Positions 45,094-55,944 are shown, counted from the first letter of the stretch. The stretch is DNA of 64,000 nucleotides from an uncultured Acidobacteriota bacterium (GCA_963725145.1 CAVRXL010000012.1:1714141-1778140), one strand, 5' to 3'. Made by a program: numbers and translations. The notes: a model not told the origin generated them from the sequence alone.

Positions 45094-46946
45094 CCGTGCG
45101 CGCGCGCTTGTTCGCGGGCTACGTCACGCTCGTCGTGGCGCTCGCGGCGCTGGGCGCGTGGAGCGCCTGGCGGCTGTAGCGAAATGGGATCGGTGGCGAG
45201 GCGGATCATCGCCGACAACTACGTCTCGGTCGTCGCGGCCCAGGACATGAAGGAAAGCCTCGAGCGTCAGGACTCCGCGGCGCTTCTTCGAGCTGCTGGG
45301 GCGCCACGATCGCGCAGCGTCGCAGCTCGCGGAAAACCGCCGGCGCTTCGACGACGCGCTCGAACGCGCGGCCGGGAACATCACCGAGGCGGGCGAACGC
45401 GAGCCTGATCGACGCGCTCCACGCGGACCGCGAGACGATACTACAAGCTCTACGATGCGTTTCTCGCCGAGGCGCGTCGCACTGGCGCGGATCGGGACCT
45501 CGAGGCGGAGAGCTGGCGAGCAGCGGTACTTTGCGGCGCTCGAGCCCGTCTTCAACCGCCTGCGAGGCACCGCCGACCGCTCCTGCGAACGAACCAGGAC
45601 GCGATGGTCCGCAAGTCGGATGCTGCGATCACCGTGGCGCGGCGCTTTGCCTTGACGACAGGTGTTCTCGCGGCCGCCCTCGTCGGCGCCGGCGTGCTCC
45701 TGTCGATTGTCATCGCACGATCCATCCTGACGCCGATTGCCGGGCTCACCGCCGCGACGAGCCGGATCGCCGGCGGCGATCTCGACGCGACCGTGACTGT
45801 CCGCCAGCACGATGAGATCGGGCACCTTGCGGAGAGCTTCAACCGGATGGCGGGCCGGCTCCGGGAAGTCCGTCAGTCCGACCTCGGCAAGCTGCTCGTC
45901 GCGCAGCAGACCGCCGAGGCCGCCATCGATTCGCTTTACGACCCGGTCCTGGTCACCGGAGCGGACGCTCGAGTCCGCCGTCTGAACCGGGCGGCGGAGC
46001 GGCTCTTCGGATCGGAATCGGAGGCCGTTGGCCGGCCGATCGACGAGGTCGTTCGAGACGGCCGCGTCGCGCTCGCCGTCACCGAAGTCCTTCGGTCGCG
46101 GAATCCCGTCGCGGGTGAGGGATCGGCCGCTGTCGTGCCGCTTGCAGGTGGGCGGGGCCGAACGCGCATACCGGCTCCGATCGACGCCGATGTACGACAG
46201 CGAACGCCGCCTGTCGGGCGCCGTCACGCTGCTCGAGGACATCACCCACTTACAGGAGATCGATCGGCTCAAGTCGGAGTTCATCGCCGCCGCGTCGCAC
46301 GAGCTCCGCACGCCGTTGACGAGCGTCCAGATGGGGATCCATCTCCTGCTCGAGGGCACCGCGGGTGAGCTGAACGAACGCCAACTGGACATCCTCCAGA
46401 TGTGCCGCGACGATGCCGCGCGGCTGGAAAAGCTCACGAAGGATTTGCTCGACCTGTCCAAGATCGAGTCCGGCGAGTCGGAGCCCAGACTCGCAACGAC
46501 TGCCAGCCTCGAGGCTGGTGAGGGATGCCATCGAGCCGCTTCGTCTTCAGGTCGAGGCCAAGGGAATCGAGCTGACCGTCGACGCGCCGCCGAACCTCCC
46601 GCATGTTCGGGCGGATCGCGCGCAGATCGAGCGAGTGCTGGCGAATCTCGTGACGAACGCGGCGCGCGCGACGGACCGCGGCGGCCGGATCGCCGTCACG
46701 GCGGAGGCGCGCGGGGACGCGGTGGTCGTCGCCGTTGCCGACAGCGGTCGCGGGATCCCGAAGGAATACCTGCCCCGGATCTTCGATCGGTTCGTGCAGG
46801 TCCCGAACGTCCCATCCGGCGGCGCCGGACTGGGCCTCGCGATCTCCCGGCGGATCGTTCAGGCCCACGGCGGGCAAATCGCCGTGCAGTCGGAGCCGGG
46901 CCGCGGCACGACCTTCACGTTTACGCTCCCGACCGCCACGTCATGA
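45090..46946 (+). pseudogene. sensor histidine kinase (TM - helical sensor - TM - HAMP - PAS - HisKA - HATPase_c), about eight frame breaks as sequenced
   Basis: ATG 45090 overlaps the kdpD-N stop (ATGA). The pieces, in three frames, are: MTVRARLFAGYVTLVVALAALGAWSAWRL / EMGSVARRIIADNYVSVVAAQDMKESLERQDSAAL / FFELLGRHDRAASQLAENRRRFDDALERAAGNITEAGERE / LIDALHADRE / YYKLYDAFLAEARRTGADRDLEAE / EQRYFAALEPVFNRLRGTADR / LLRTNQDAMVRKSD...HAMP...PAS / VGGAERAYRLRSTPMYD...FIAAASHELRTPL...ESGESEPR / [14 protein letters not shown]...DSGRGIP...[14 protein letters not shown]...GTTFTFTLP. Approximate break sites: 45177, 45281, 45403, 45438, 45510, 45581, 46145, 46490. Confidence 0.75.
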
Positions 46947-46971
46947 CCGAAACCGAACCGAGGAAGCGCTC

Positions 46972-47717
46972 ATGCGGATTCTGATCGTCGACGACGAAGA
47001 TCACATTCGAAAGATGATGCGGCTCACGCTCGAGGCCGCGGGCCACGCCGTGGAGGAAGCGGCAGACGGCCAGACCGGGCTCGCCTCGTTCGGCGATGGG
47101 GCCGGATGGGACGCCGTCCTCCTCGATCAGCGAATGGCTGGACTCGAGGGCACCGAAGTCCTGCGCGAGATGCGCCGGCGGAAGCCCGACGCGGTCGTCA
47201 TCCTCGTGACGGCGTATGCGTCGATCGACCTCGTCATCGAGGCGATGCACCTCGGCGCGACCGATTTCCTGCGCAAGCCCATGACACCGGAGGCGCTTCG
47301 AGGCGCGGTGGCCGCCGCCGCTGCACGGGCAGCCCATACTCCGGTTGCGCCAGGGTCCAGCCGGGTTGCCCCCGGTCCCATCGAAACGATCACGATGAAT
47401 GGCTTCCACATCCGGTATCGCGGGATGCGAGACGGGCGCGGAGGGAACCGCGGAGCATCGGTTTACCGTGACGCGTTATCCCCAGTTGCAAGCGCACGAA
47501 GTGTCGGTCGCGATCGATCCGGAAGCGGTCGCTCGCGTGGCACGGCTCACCCGCCGCGAGCTCGCGGCCGGCCGGAGGGTTCTGGCGGCATCAGGCGGAA
47601 GGACTGCTCGCCGCCTACCTGTGGACCGAAAACGCCGTCCCGGGTGCCAACCAGCTTCGCGTGACAGATGTCTCACTCGCGGAGCTCGATGTCGCGGCGC
47701 GGTGGTCCTCGGATTAG
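46972..47717 (+). pseudogene. response regulator: receiver domain plus unassigned ~120-aa C-terminal domain (not an OmpR/KdpE wHTH), two frame breaks as sequenced
   Basis: MRILIVDDEDHIRKMMRLTLEAAGHAVEEAADGQTGL...VLLDQRMAGLEG...VILVTAYASIDLVIEAMHLGATDFLRKP. Then, in other frames, ETGAEGTAEHRFTVTRYPQLQAHEVSVAIDPEAVARVARLTRRELAAG and FWRHQAEGLLAAYLWTENAVPGANQLRVTDVSLAELDVAARWSSD, ending at TAG 47715-47717. The breaks are near 47410-47435 and 47575. Confidence 0.7.
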
Positions 47718-47777
47718 TAAAATTCGACAGTTTCCTCCAACCCTGCGCTCGCGCGCTTCATCCAACCACAAGTTGTG

Positions 47778-50214
47778 ATGTCGGACGTCAAACAGGCCCT
47801 GAAGCGTCTCCGTCGAGAGCCCGGCTTCGCCGCCGTCGCCGTCCTGACGCTCGCGCTCGGCATCGGCGCGAACACCGCGCTTTTCAGCCTCGTCAAGACC
47901 GTCCTCCTCGAGCCGCTGCCCTACGGAGATCCCGATCGGCTGGTCATGGTCTGGGACGCAACGGCGCCTGGCGACACGACCTGGCTGTCGGTGCAGGAAA
48001 TCGTGAACTATCGAGCCGGGGCGCCGAGCCTCGCGGACCTCGCGGCGTACATGGAGATGAACGCGAGCCTGACCGGCGGGCAGGAACCCGAGCGCGTGCG
48101 TGCCGCGGCGGCGACGGCGAACCTGTTCGAGACGCTCGCCGTGGCCCCGCTCAGAGGCCGCACGTTCACGGCCGCCGAGGGCGCGCCGGGCGGTGATGAC
48201 GTCGTCGTGCTCGGCCACGGACTGTGGCAGCGGCGCTTCGGCGGGTCGCCGAACGCGATCGGGCAGTCGATTCTGCTGAACGGTCGTCCGCACAGCGGTC
48301 ATCGGCGTCATGCCGCCGGCATTTCGTCTGCCGCTCGACTACCGCGCGGAGCAACCGACCGAAGCGTGGGTGCCACTCGTGATCGATCCCGCAAACCTCG
48401 GCGAATGGGGCGATCGATCCCTGAAAGGCGTGGGCCGCCTCAAACCAGGGGTCGCGGCAGCGACGGCGACGGGCGAGTTCAAAGTGTTGCGGGACCACTG
48501 GATTCAAGCCGGCTACATCGCCGACCAGGGTGAGCGGTCGTTCGTCCGCTCGGCGATCCCCGTTCCGCGATTCGTCACCGGCAGCATCCGCGGGCCGCTG
48601 CTGATTCTGCTCGGCGCGGTGACGTTCGTCCTCCTCATCGCCTGCGCGAACGTCGTCAATCTGCTGCTGGCGAAGGCGGACGTGCGGCGGCGCGAGATTG
48701 CCGTCCGCGCCGCGCTCGGCGCGACGCGGCGGCACCTCGTCTTCCAGCTCCTCATCGAGAGCCTGGCGCTCTCAGCCGCCGGCGGTGCCGTCGGGCTCGC
48801 GCTCGCATGGCTCGGCATCGACCTCCTCGCGGCGATGCGTCCCTCCAACCTGCCGAGACTTGCGGATGTTCGAATCGACGTCGGCGTCCTGGCGTTTACC
48901 GCGGGCCTCTCAGTGCTGACCGGATTCCTGTTCGGCCTCGCGCCGGCGCTGCAGGTCTCCCGGCCGGACCTGGTCGGGGCACTGAAGGACGGCGATCGTG
49001 GCGGCACCTCGAGCCGTGCCCGCCTCAGGCTGCGCCGTGCGCTCGTCGTCTGCCAGCTCGCGGTGTCGGTCGTGCTCGTCGTAGGCGCCGGCCTTCTCCT
49101 CCGGAGCCTCATCGCGTTGAACCGCGTGGATCTCGGCTTGAACCCGCACAACGTCCTGACCGCGGAGATTCAGCTTCCCGCGACGAGCTATCCCGAACCG
49201 GCGGACGTGGTCCGGTTCTATCAGGAGCTGATCGGGAGGCTCGGGGCGCTTCCGGGCGTTGAAGCGGCCGGCGCCGTCCGGATCCTTCCGCTCACACGGA
49301 CGATCGGCGACTGGTCCATCACGCTCGAGGGCCGCCCGTTTTCGCGCGAGGAGAATCCGAACGGCGACTTTCAGGCGGTGACGCCCGGATATTTCCGGGC
49401 GATGCGGCTCTCGCTTGTGCGGGGGCGGCTGCTGACTGAGGTTGATCGGGAGGACGCGCCGCTGTCGGTCGTGATCAACCAGACGATGGCGGATCGGTAT
49501 TGGCCCAACCAGGAACCCATCGGGCAGCGCTTCAAGATGGGGACGGGCGACACCCCCTGGCTCACGATCGTCGGCATCGTCGGCACGGTCCGTCACAACG
49601 CCGTCGTCGAGGGGCCGCGGGCGGAGATGTATCTGGCGCACGCGCAGCTGCCTCGATCGATCGGCAACGCGACGCGCAGCTTGACGCTCGTCGTGAGAAC
49701 GACGGCGGATCCGCTCGCGAGCGCCGGGGTCCTTCGCGAGACGGTGCGCTCGCTCGATCGCAACCTCCCGGTGTCCAACGTCCGCACCATGGAAGCCGTG
49801 ACCTCGTCAGCGCTCGCTCAGCCGCGCTTCACGGCGACGTTGCTCGGACTGCTCGCCGCGCTCGCCCTCACGCTCGCGGCGATCGGTATCTACGGTACCG
49901 TCTCGTTGCTGGTGACCGAGCGTGCGTATGAAATCGGCATCCGGATGGCGCTCGGCGCCGGGCGGACATCGATTCTCGGGCTCATCCTGGGCCAAGGGAT
50001 GGCGCTTGCGGGCGCCGGAATCGCGCTAGGGGTCGCAGGTGCCCTCGTGCTGAGCCGGCTCTTGGATACGCTTGTCTATGGAGTGGGGACGCTCGATCTG
50101 ATGACGTTCGCCGCGGCGCCCGCGCTCCTCGCGGGAGTGGCGCTCGCCGCGTGCATGAACCCGGCGCGGCGGGCGGCGGCGGTCGATCCGATAGTCACCC
50201 TCCGGCGCGGCTAA
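47778..50214 (+). pseudogene. second ADOP-family duplicated orphan permease, one frame break as sequenced
   Basis: MSDVKQALKRLRREPGFAAVAVLTLALGIGANTALFS...ILLNGRPHS in ORF 47775-48533 continues as VIGVMPPAFRLPLDY... in ORF 48310-50214. There is one extra G in the GG at 48297-48298. C-terminus PARRAAAVDPIVTLRRG. Confidence 0.85.
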
Positions 50215-50232
50215 ACTCGCCTATGGGTTTGT

Positions 50233-50559
50233 TCAGGCAGCCCGGTCGTCCTCGGCCGCGACGAGCCAGGGGACTCGGTCCGTCTTCTTCTCTGCTTCCG
50301 GCAGGCACCTCGCGACATGGTGCCGTACGTGCCGTTCCTCCCAGATCGCCGCCGCGAAGTAGACGATCGCGTTGATTGCAAGGTGGCGCTGCCGCCGACG
50401 GAGCCACGCTGCGGCGTTATAGGTCCCCATTAGGACCGTCAGCCCCAGCGCAGCGCCGTGGATCGCAGCCTTGAACGGTTCGCAGCAGCCGACATCGAGG
50501 ATCGGAAGGGCTCGCCTGACTTCAGCAGGCTCCACAGCTCGGTCGGCAGCGCGCGCCAC
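50233..50559 (-). CDS. small hypothetical membrane protein (108 aa, two predicted TM helices)
   Basis: FKAAIHGAALGLTVLMGTYNAAAW and HLAINAIVYFAAAIWEERHV look like two hydrophobic helices. The composition is protein-like. I recognise no family. Confidence 0.35.
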   Translation of the reverse strand: MARAADRAVEPAEVRRALPILDVGCCEPFKAAIHGAALGLTVLMGTYNAAAWLRRRQRHLAINAIVYFAAAIWEERHVRHHVARCLPEAEKKTDRVPWLVAAEDDRAA

Positions 50560-50606
50560 GGTTTGGCTTACTGCAACACCCGGTCCAATTCCGACGAGCC
50601 AAAGAA

Positions 50607-51650
50607 TTACGGATTTTGCGCGTTCGAGAGCCCGCCCGGGTCAAGGACGAGGTGCTTGATGCGCTCGCGGCGCCACGTGTAGGTGACGTGCACCTTCCCG
50701 TCGCGCGATTGAATGACGGCCGGGTAGGAGTACTCCCCGGGCTGATCCTCCAGCGCGAAGGGCGATCCCCAGCGCACCCCGTCGTTCGAGAGAGCGGCGT
50801 TGAGAGGGCTGCGGCCGGAGGTCGTGTGGTTGTAGACAAGCAGGAAGCGGCCGTCGCCGAGCCGGACCGCGTCGATGCCCGCATTTGGATTCGGCAGCGT
50901 CGTCGCCGTCAGCGGTCCCCACGTTTTCCCCATGTCGCTCGACCACGCCTGCGCGACCACTCCCTGCCGCGTCCGACACAGAATCTGAAGCCGATCGCGG
51001 CCGTGCGCCAGGATCGTCGGCTGGATGGCGTCGAATGCCTGAGGTTTGGACTCCAGCGGTCCCACTTTTTCCCAGCGCTTACCCATCAGGTCGGTCCATT
51101 CCATGTGCACTCGCCAGCCGTCGTGCTCGGTGCTGGACCCACACAGCAAGCGATCCCCAAAAGCCAACGGCTTGGTCCTGACTGGACCGAGGAAGCCTGG
51201 CGGCAGCCGTTCTGCTTTTGACCAGATTCGACCCCCATCCCCCGACGTGATCAACATGCCCCACCACTCTCGCGGGTTGGGCCCGACCTTGTAGAAAAGC
51301 ATCAGCGGACCCTGGTCCGGTTGATACAGCACCGGGTTCCAGCACGGGTAGCCGTCGCCGGTCGCCACCTGAACCGGCGGCGTCCAGCGGTCGTTTTCGC
51401 GGCGCGCGGCCCAGATGCCGACGTCCTTATGGCCTTCGCGCGTGCCGCCAAACCAGGCGGCCACCAGCCCCGTGGGCGTCTCGACGATGGTCGAGGCGTG
51501 ACTCGAGGGGAACGGCGCGCTCTCGAAGATGAAACCGGCCGAGACGATAGGCTTGGGTACCGCTGGACCCAGGCCAGAAGTTAACAGCCAGAATCCGGAA
51601 ACAGCGAGCCAAACCTGCGATGCATGCCGAAACGGCAAAGTGGTGCGCAC
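50607..51650 (-). CDS. BNR/sialidase-fold (exo-alpha-sialidase-like) secreted protein
   Basis: Signal-like N-terminus, then repeated S.D.G.TW-type motifs (TSGDGGRIWS, SSDMGKTWG, LSNDGVRWG), HASTIVE..., and a YPAVIQSRDGKVHVTYTW tail. Confidence 0.8.
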   Translation of the reverse strand: MRTTLPFRHASQVWLAVSGFWLLTSGLGPAVPKPIVSAGFIFESAPFPSSHASTIVETPTGLVAAWFGGTREGHKDVGIWAARRENDRWTPPVQVATGDGYPCWNPVLYQPDQGPLMLFYKVGPNPREWWGMLITSGDGGRIWSKAERLPPGFLGPVRTKPLAFGDRLLCGSSTEHDGWRVHMEWTDLMGKRWEKVGPLESKPQAFDAIQPTILAHGRDRLQILCRTRQGVVAQAWSSDMGKTWGPLTATTLPNPNAGIDAVRLGDGRFLLVYNHTTSGRSPLNAALSNDGVRWGSPFALEDQPGEYSYPAVIQSRDGKVHVTYTWRRERIKHLVLDPGGLSNAQNP

Positions 51651-51654
51651 GGAC

Positions 51655-54186
51655 CTATTTGAGATTCGTCACGAGGTACAGGTCCGACAAGACTCGGCGA
51701 TAACTGTACGCATAGGACTTTTCGTCGGGCGTGATCCGGAATTCTCTGATCGTGGTGACGCCGGCAGCGTCCGCAGGTACCAGTTGTTTCCAAAGTGAGC
51801 GCTGACCGGTCGTCAGCGCGAGACGGTGAACCGAGGCGGGCATTTCGCCGCGACGGAAAACCCAGAGAGATGTGCCGTCAAGACTCCAGCCACCAGGTCG
51901 ATCTCCCGGCTGCGACCCTGGGGCTGGTCGCACTGGCTGGCCGTCCACCGGATACAGATTGATTCCCATCCCTTCCGCCACCGCAGCCACGACGCGCCCG
52001 TCCGGGGACACGGAGAGCGCCCACGTCCCTTCCGGGGTGAGGGGTTGCGGCCTTCCGCCGTCGAGGTCTTGCATGTAGGCTCGCAGGCCGCGTCCGCGCT
52101 CTCGGCCGTTGAACAGGATCCGTGTGCCCGTCGGGAACCACCACGCGCCGGCGTACGATTCGATTTCGTGACGCGCCACCGGTCTGGCCTGGCCGGCGCC
52201 GGTCGCAAGCAGCACGAGCTGGTCAGTCGATGTGGTCGTACTAAGGGCCCACTTGCCGTCGGGCGAGATCGCATCGGCGTAGCCTTCACCCAGACGGACC
52301 GGGGGCGATCCATCGAGTCTGCGAAGGTAAATGCTGGTTCTGTCCCCAAACAGGATCGCGCCGTTGACGCCGATGTCCGCCAGGCGAGAGTCGTCAAACC
52401 ACGAGAGTTCCCGCTCGGCTTGAGCGCCTGGAGTCGAGGCGAGAATCCCGCTTCGATGGTCTTCGTGAGTCAGCAGTGCGCGGCCATCATCGGCGATGTC
52501 TTGAAGCAGCAGCGATCCCGGCGTCTGCATGATCAATCGTTCCCGTCCGTCAAGCGAAACGGCCCGAAGGGCGCGAGGCTTGACGTCGTCGGTGGCCGTG
52601 AACCAAATCTCGCGGCCAGTCGGAGACCAGGCAAGTCCATGAGCGTCTACCCACTCACGTGACAGGGTTCTCTTGACCCCGGACCGATCCACGACTGCGA
52701 CTGTCCCGCTGAAGCGCACTCCAGTGCTGTCGTCGAAGAAGGCCACGAACTCGCCGTTTGGGGAAATGCGCGGATCGCGTACCGCGCCGGTCGTCGTGTA
52801 GAGGACGTGGCCGATCGGATACTCCAACCGGCTCGGCGTACCGACGCCAGCCGACCGGACAACGGCGAGCGCATCCGTCGAGGGTGCCCAGTCGGCGTAC
52901 TCGACGTCTTCGAGGACTTCTCTCGGTGCTCCACCGCTGGGCGGGACGCGAGCAAGCGTGCCGAGGAACCGCTCACCGCCGCCGTAGCGGTATCCCAGAG
53001 ACAGGGCCATTTCGCCGTTCCTGGCAATGGCCAGCAGCGCTGCGGGCTGTCCCAGAGGACGTGATTCGGGGCTGCCAGGAAGCACCTGAAAGAGGTCGAG
53101 CGGCGCGCCCTCCCACGCCGCGGAGTACACGACGGTCTGCTCATGAGGCGCGAACCTGGCCGATACGATTGTCCCTCGCCGAAAAGTGAGCTGCTGAAAC
53201 GAAGGTGGCGCCGGCGTCTTGATGAACTTCGGGAACACGAGAGCGGCGGCGGCGAGAGTCAGGGCCGTCGCCACTACGACTGGAAGCACCGCACCGAGGC
53301 GCCGTTCCCGGCGTATGGGTGGCTGGTCACGGAGCCAGTGCTCCTGAATCTGTTGAAGATGGAACGCCAGGTCCCGCGCCGACTGGAACCGCTCGCCCGG
53401 GTTTTTTTCGATGCAACGCCGGACGACCCGATCGAGGCCCGCCGGAAGATTCAGCGTCGCGGGAAGGGGCGAGGGATCGTCCCGCAGTATCGCGGTGAGA
53501 ATCTCGATCGTCGAGCTTCCGTGGAATGCCTGGTTTCCAGAGAGCATCTCGTGCAGCGTGCACCCGAAAGAGAAGATGTCCGCCCTGTGATCAGATGGAT
53601 CTCCGCGAATCTGCTCGGGCGCTGCGTAGCCGGCCGTGCCAAGGATCGCATCAGGCCCGGTGATGGGACCCGTCTCGGTCGTAAGGCGACCGTCAATCTC
53701 TGGCGGGCGGGCTCCGAACTTGGCCAGACCAAAGTCGACCAGTTTCACCTGCCCGTCCCGTGTCACAAAGATATTTCCCGGCTTGAGGTCTCGATGAAAG
53801 ACGCCTTGCTCATGGGCGGCTGCCAGGCCGAGCGCGATCTGTATCGCGTACTCGATGGCCTTACGCGGTCGAAGCGGTCCTGCGTGCATCAGCTCCCGCA
53901 GGGTCTGGCCATTCAGAAGCTCGGAAACGACGTACGGGGTCCCCTCGTGCGTGCCTGCGTCGAAGACGGCTACGATGTGGGGGTCGTTCAGCGTGCCTAC
54001 GGCCTGTGCTTCCCGTTTGAAGCGAACGACCTGTTCCTGAGAGTGCAGCGCTTCGGGGAGGACCTTGATGGCGACTTCGCGAGCGAGGCGGGGATCACGC
54101 GCCCTGTAGACTTCCCCCATCCCACCGGCGCCGAGCAGGCCGACAATCTCGTACGGCCCCAGGCGCGCCCCCGCTGCGAGAGCCAT
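51655..54186 (-). CDS. Ser/Thr protein kinase fused to a TolB-like beta-propeller
   Basis: GAGGMGEVYRARD, HRDLKPGNIFV, DFGLAKF and a TM helix, then ~500 aa with repeated SP(D/N)G..(V/L)A(F/V) WD40-like beta-propeller repeats. Confidence 0.9.
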   Translation of the reverse strand: MALAAGARLGPYEIVGLLGAGGMGEVYRARDPRLAREVAIKVLPEALHSQEQVVRFKREAQAVGTLNDPHIVAVFDAGTHEGTPYVVSELLNGQTLRELMHAGPLRPRKAIEYAIQIALGLAAAHEQGVFHRDLKPGNIFVTRDGQVKLVDFGLAKFGARPPEIDGRLTTETGPITGPDAILGTAGYAAPEQIRGDPSDHRADIFSFGCTLHEMLSGNQAFHGSSTIEILTAILRDDPSPLPATLNLPAGLDRVVRRCIEKNPGERFQSARDLAFHLQQIQEHWLRDQPPIRRERRLGAVLPVVVATALTLAAAALVFPKFIKTPAPPSFQQLTFRRGTIVSARFAPHEQTVVYSAAWEGAPLDLFQVLPGSPESRPLGQPAALLAIARNGEMALSLGYRYGGGERFLGTLARVPPSGGAPREVLEDVEYADWAPSTDALAVVRSAGVGTPSRLEYPIGHVLYTTTGAVRDPRISPNGEFVAFFDDSTGVRFSGTVAVVDRSGVKRTLSREWVDAHGLAWSPTGREIWFTATDDVKPRALRAVSLDGRERLIMQTPGSLLLQDIADDGRALLTHEDHRSGILASTPGAQAERELSWFDDSRLADIGVNGAILFGDRTSIYLRRLDGSPPVRLGEGYADAISPDGKWALSTTTSTDQLVLLATGAGQARPVARHEIESYAGAWWFPTGTRILFNGRERGRGLRAYMQDLDGGRPQPLTPEGTWALSVSPDGRVVAAVAEGMGINLYPVDGQPVRPAPGSQPGDRPGGWSLDGTSLWVFRRGEMPASVHRLALTTGQRSLWKQLVPADAAGVTTIREFRITPDEKSYAYSYRRVLSDLYLVTNLK

Positions 54187-54201
54187 CGGCGGCCCTGCTA
54201 C

Positions 54202-54732
54202 CTATTTCGGCCCGGGCTTGAGGCCGGCTGGCGGATCCTGAATCAGCATTAGCATGCTGACGATCGACAAATCGCGGTGTTCGGCTTTCTGGTCGCCCTT
54301 CTGGTCGCCTTTCGCCCCATGGGGTTTTCGCTGGAGTACGGCAGTGACCTTGTGCTTCAACGGCTCTTTGGTTCCTGCCGCGCCGGTGATCGACGCATCG
54401 AAATTCACGAGGATAAAATCGTCCCCGAGCGATCGAGTCCGAAACGAATTGTAGTCCGGCACATAGGCGGACTTGCTCATCGTCTCTTTGTGCGCCTTCT
54501 CAAGAACGGCACGGAGCTGGGTTTGTTCGGTGGCCAGCGTGGCAGACGGCAGCGTGAACGGGTAGAAGAGCTCGCCGTCCTTGACCCAAAGAGCCGCCAT
54601 CGCCTCGGCGTCGTGTTTTTCCCACGCAGAAGCAAACGCACGGTATACGTCCGGGGGGACGTGGCCGTGCGCATCCATCGGAGCCGACAGGGCCAACGCA
54701 ATGAGCGGTGCGTAAAGGAATGGCTTTTTCAT
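54202..54732 (-). CDS. secreted SnoaL/DUF4440-like (NTF2-fold) protein
   Basis: Internal ATG 54732: MKKPFLYAPLIALALSAPMDAHG, then VYRAFASAWEKHDAEAMAALWVKDGELFYP... The fold assignment is from pattern recall. The upstream part of the listed 256-aa ORF is low-complexity junk. Confidence 0.5.
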   Translation of the reverse strand: MKKPFLYAPLIALALSAPMDAHGHVPPDVYRAFASAWEKHDAEAMAALWVKDGELFYPFTLPSATLATEQTQLRAVLEKAHKETMSKSAYVPDYNSFRTRSLGDDFILVNFDASITGAAGTKEPLKHKVTAVLQRKPHGAKGDQKGDQKAEHRDLSIVSMLMLIQDPPAGLKPGPK

Positions 54733-54859
54733 GCGAAAGGCTCCCCTTCCCATTACCGGACGGACGCGCGTGACGACGGGGGATACTAGCATGGACGGCA
54801 GACGCGAGAATCCGTGAAGACAGAGTCGGTTCCCGAGCGTACCTCGCGGGAGTTCTGAG

Positions 54860-55795
54860 ATGAGCGTCAAGGGATATCTGGCATCTCTGCCGGAGCGGCT
54901 CGTCCGATCCGCCGTGGGTCTCGGCGCCGGCGTCGTTCGCGAGGTGGGAGAAGTCGCGATTCCGGAAAGCATCCGCCGCGGCCAGCTCTATCAGAACCTC
55001 GTTGACACGACGCTGCGGTTTCTCATCGAGCAGGTGGGGGGCGCGGAAGGCGTCTACAAGACAGACGAGAAGCTGGCGGAGGACTTCCTGGTGAGGCGCA
55101 CCGCCGGGAACGTCCTTGAGCTTGCCGGGATCGTCGCGTTTCGTGCGTCACCGGTCTGGGTGCTGGCCGCGCTGGCCGATCTGTCTGGAATGGGCCGCCA
55201 CCTGATTCCCGAGATCAGCGACGCGCTCAAGGCAGAAGGCCTGCTGGAGAAGGAGGCCGAGTTCTCGAGCGTCGATCAGGTTCTCGACGGTCTCGAGAAA
55301 ACATCCTCGCGGCTCGCGGCGACGGTCAACGCACCGCCGCTGGACGTGGCATCCCTGCGGAAAGAATGGAATGCGCTCCGCGAGGACGCGCGCTCGCTGA
55401 CGCCGGCGAGCCTCCCGTCCCGGGAGGCGATCGGGCAACTGTGGACGCAGTTGCAGAGCGAGTCGGCGCGACAGGAGCGATCCGTATTCGAGATGTCGTC
55501 GATGCTCGCGGTGTCGGCGGCCGGCAAGCTTCCCGACAGCGTGCGCTGGTTGTCGGCGTCGGCGAAGTCCGCCGCAACCCGGACCGGTAAAGTGTTTGGA
55601 GCGGCGCTGCTCGAGTACTACAGCCAGACGCTCGGTGAAATCCGCGACGTCGGGTTCGTCAGATACGCGGGGCGGCAGTTGCGCCCGTACGTACGCGCGG
55701 CGGTCGTGCAGTTCTCACCGAAGCGCCCTAGCCTCACGCAGCGGCTCCTCGATCGGTGGAGAAAGCCAAAACGCGACGCGGCTGATCTTCCTTAG
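54860..55795 (+). CDS. conserved-looking hypothetical protein (311 aa, largely helical)
   Basis: Clean ORF with balanced composition: MSVKGYLASLPERLVRSAVGLGAGVVREVGEVAIPESIRRGQLYQNLVDTTLRFLIEQVGG... I recognise no domain. Confidence 0.5.
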   Translation: MSVKGYLASLPERLVRSAVGLGAGVVREVGEVAIPESIRRGQLYQNLVDTTLRFLIEQVGGAEGVYKTDEKLAEDFLVRRTAGNVLELAGIVAFRASPVWVLAALADLSGMGRHLIPEISDALKAEGLLEKEAEFSSVDQVLDGLEKTSSRLAATVNAPPLDVASLRKEWNALREDARSLTPASLPSREAIGQLWTQLQSESARQERSVFEMSSMLAVSAAGKLPDSVRWLSASAKSAATRTGKVFGAALLEYYSQTLGEIRDVGFVRYAGRQLRPYVRAAVVQFSPKRPSLTQRLLDRWRKPKRDAADLP

Positions 55796-55944
55796 GGGTT
55801 GGTTGCTGCGGTAGACTGCTGCCGCGCACCAGGGCGCACCCCGTCCGCGGGAAGGGCTGAGCCCGCCTGGCATGTGGCACCCACAACTTCCGATCTTCTT
55901 TCGGCCCGCCGGGCGGACACGGGCAGCATCGAAAGGAGATCGCC

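Noticed and set aside
55796-55944. Sigma54-type promoter (TGGCAT/TGGCAC at about 55869-55884) upstream of the LRR gene
   Set aside because: The GG element is present, but no TTGC(A/T) element follows at the required 5-nt spacing.
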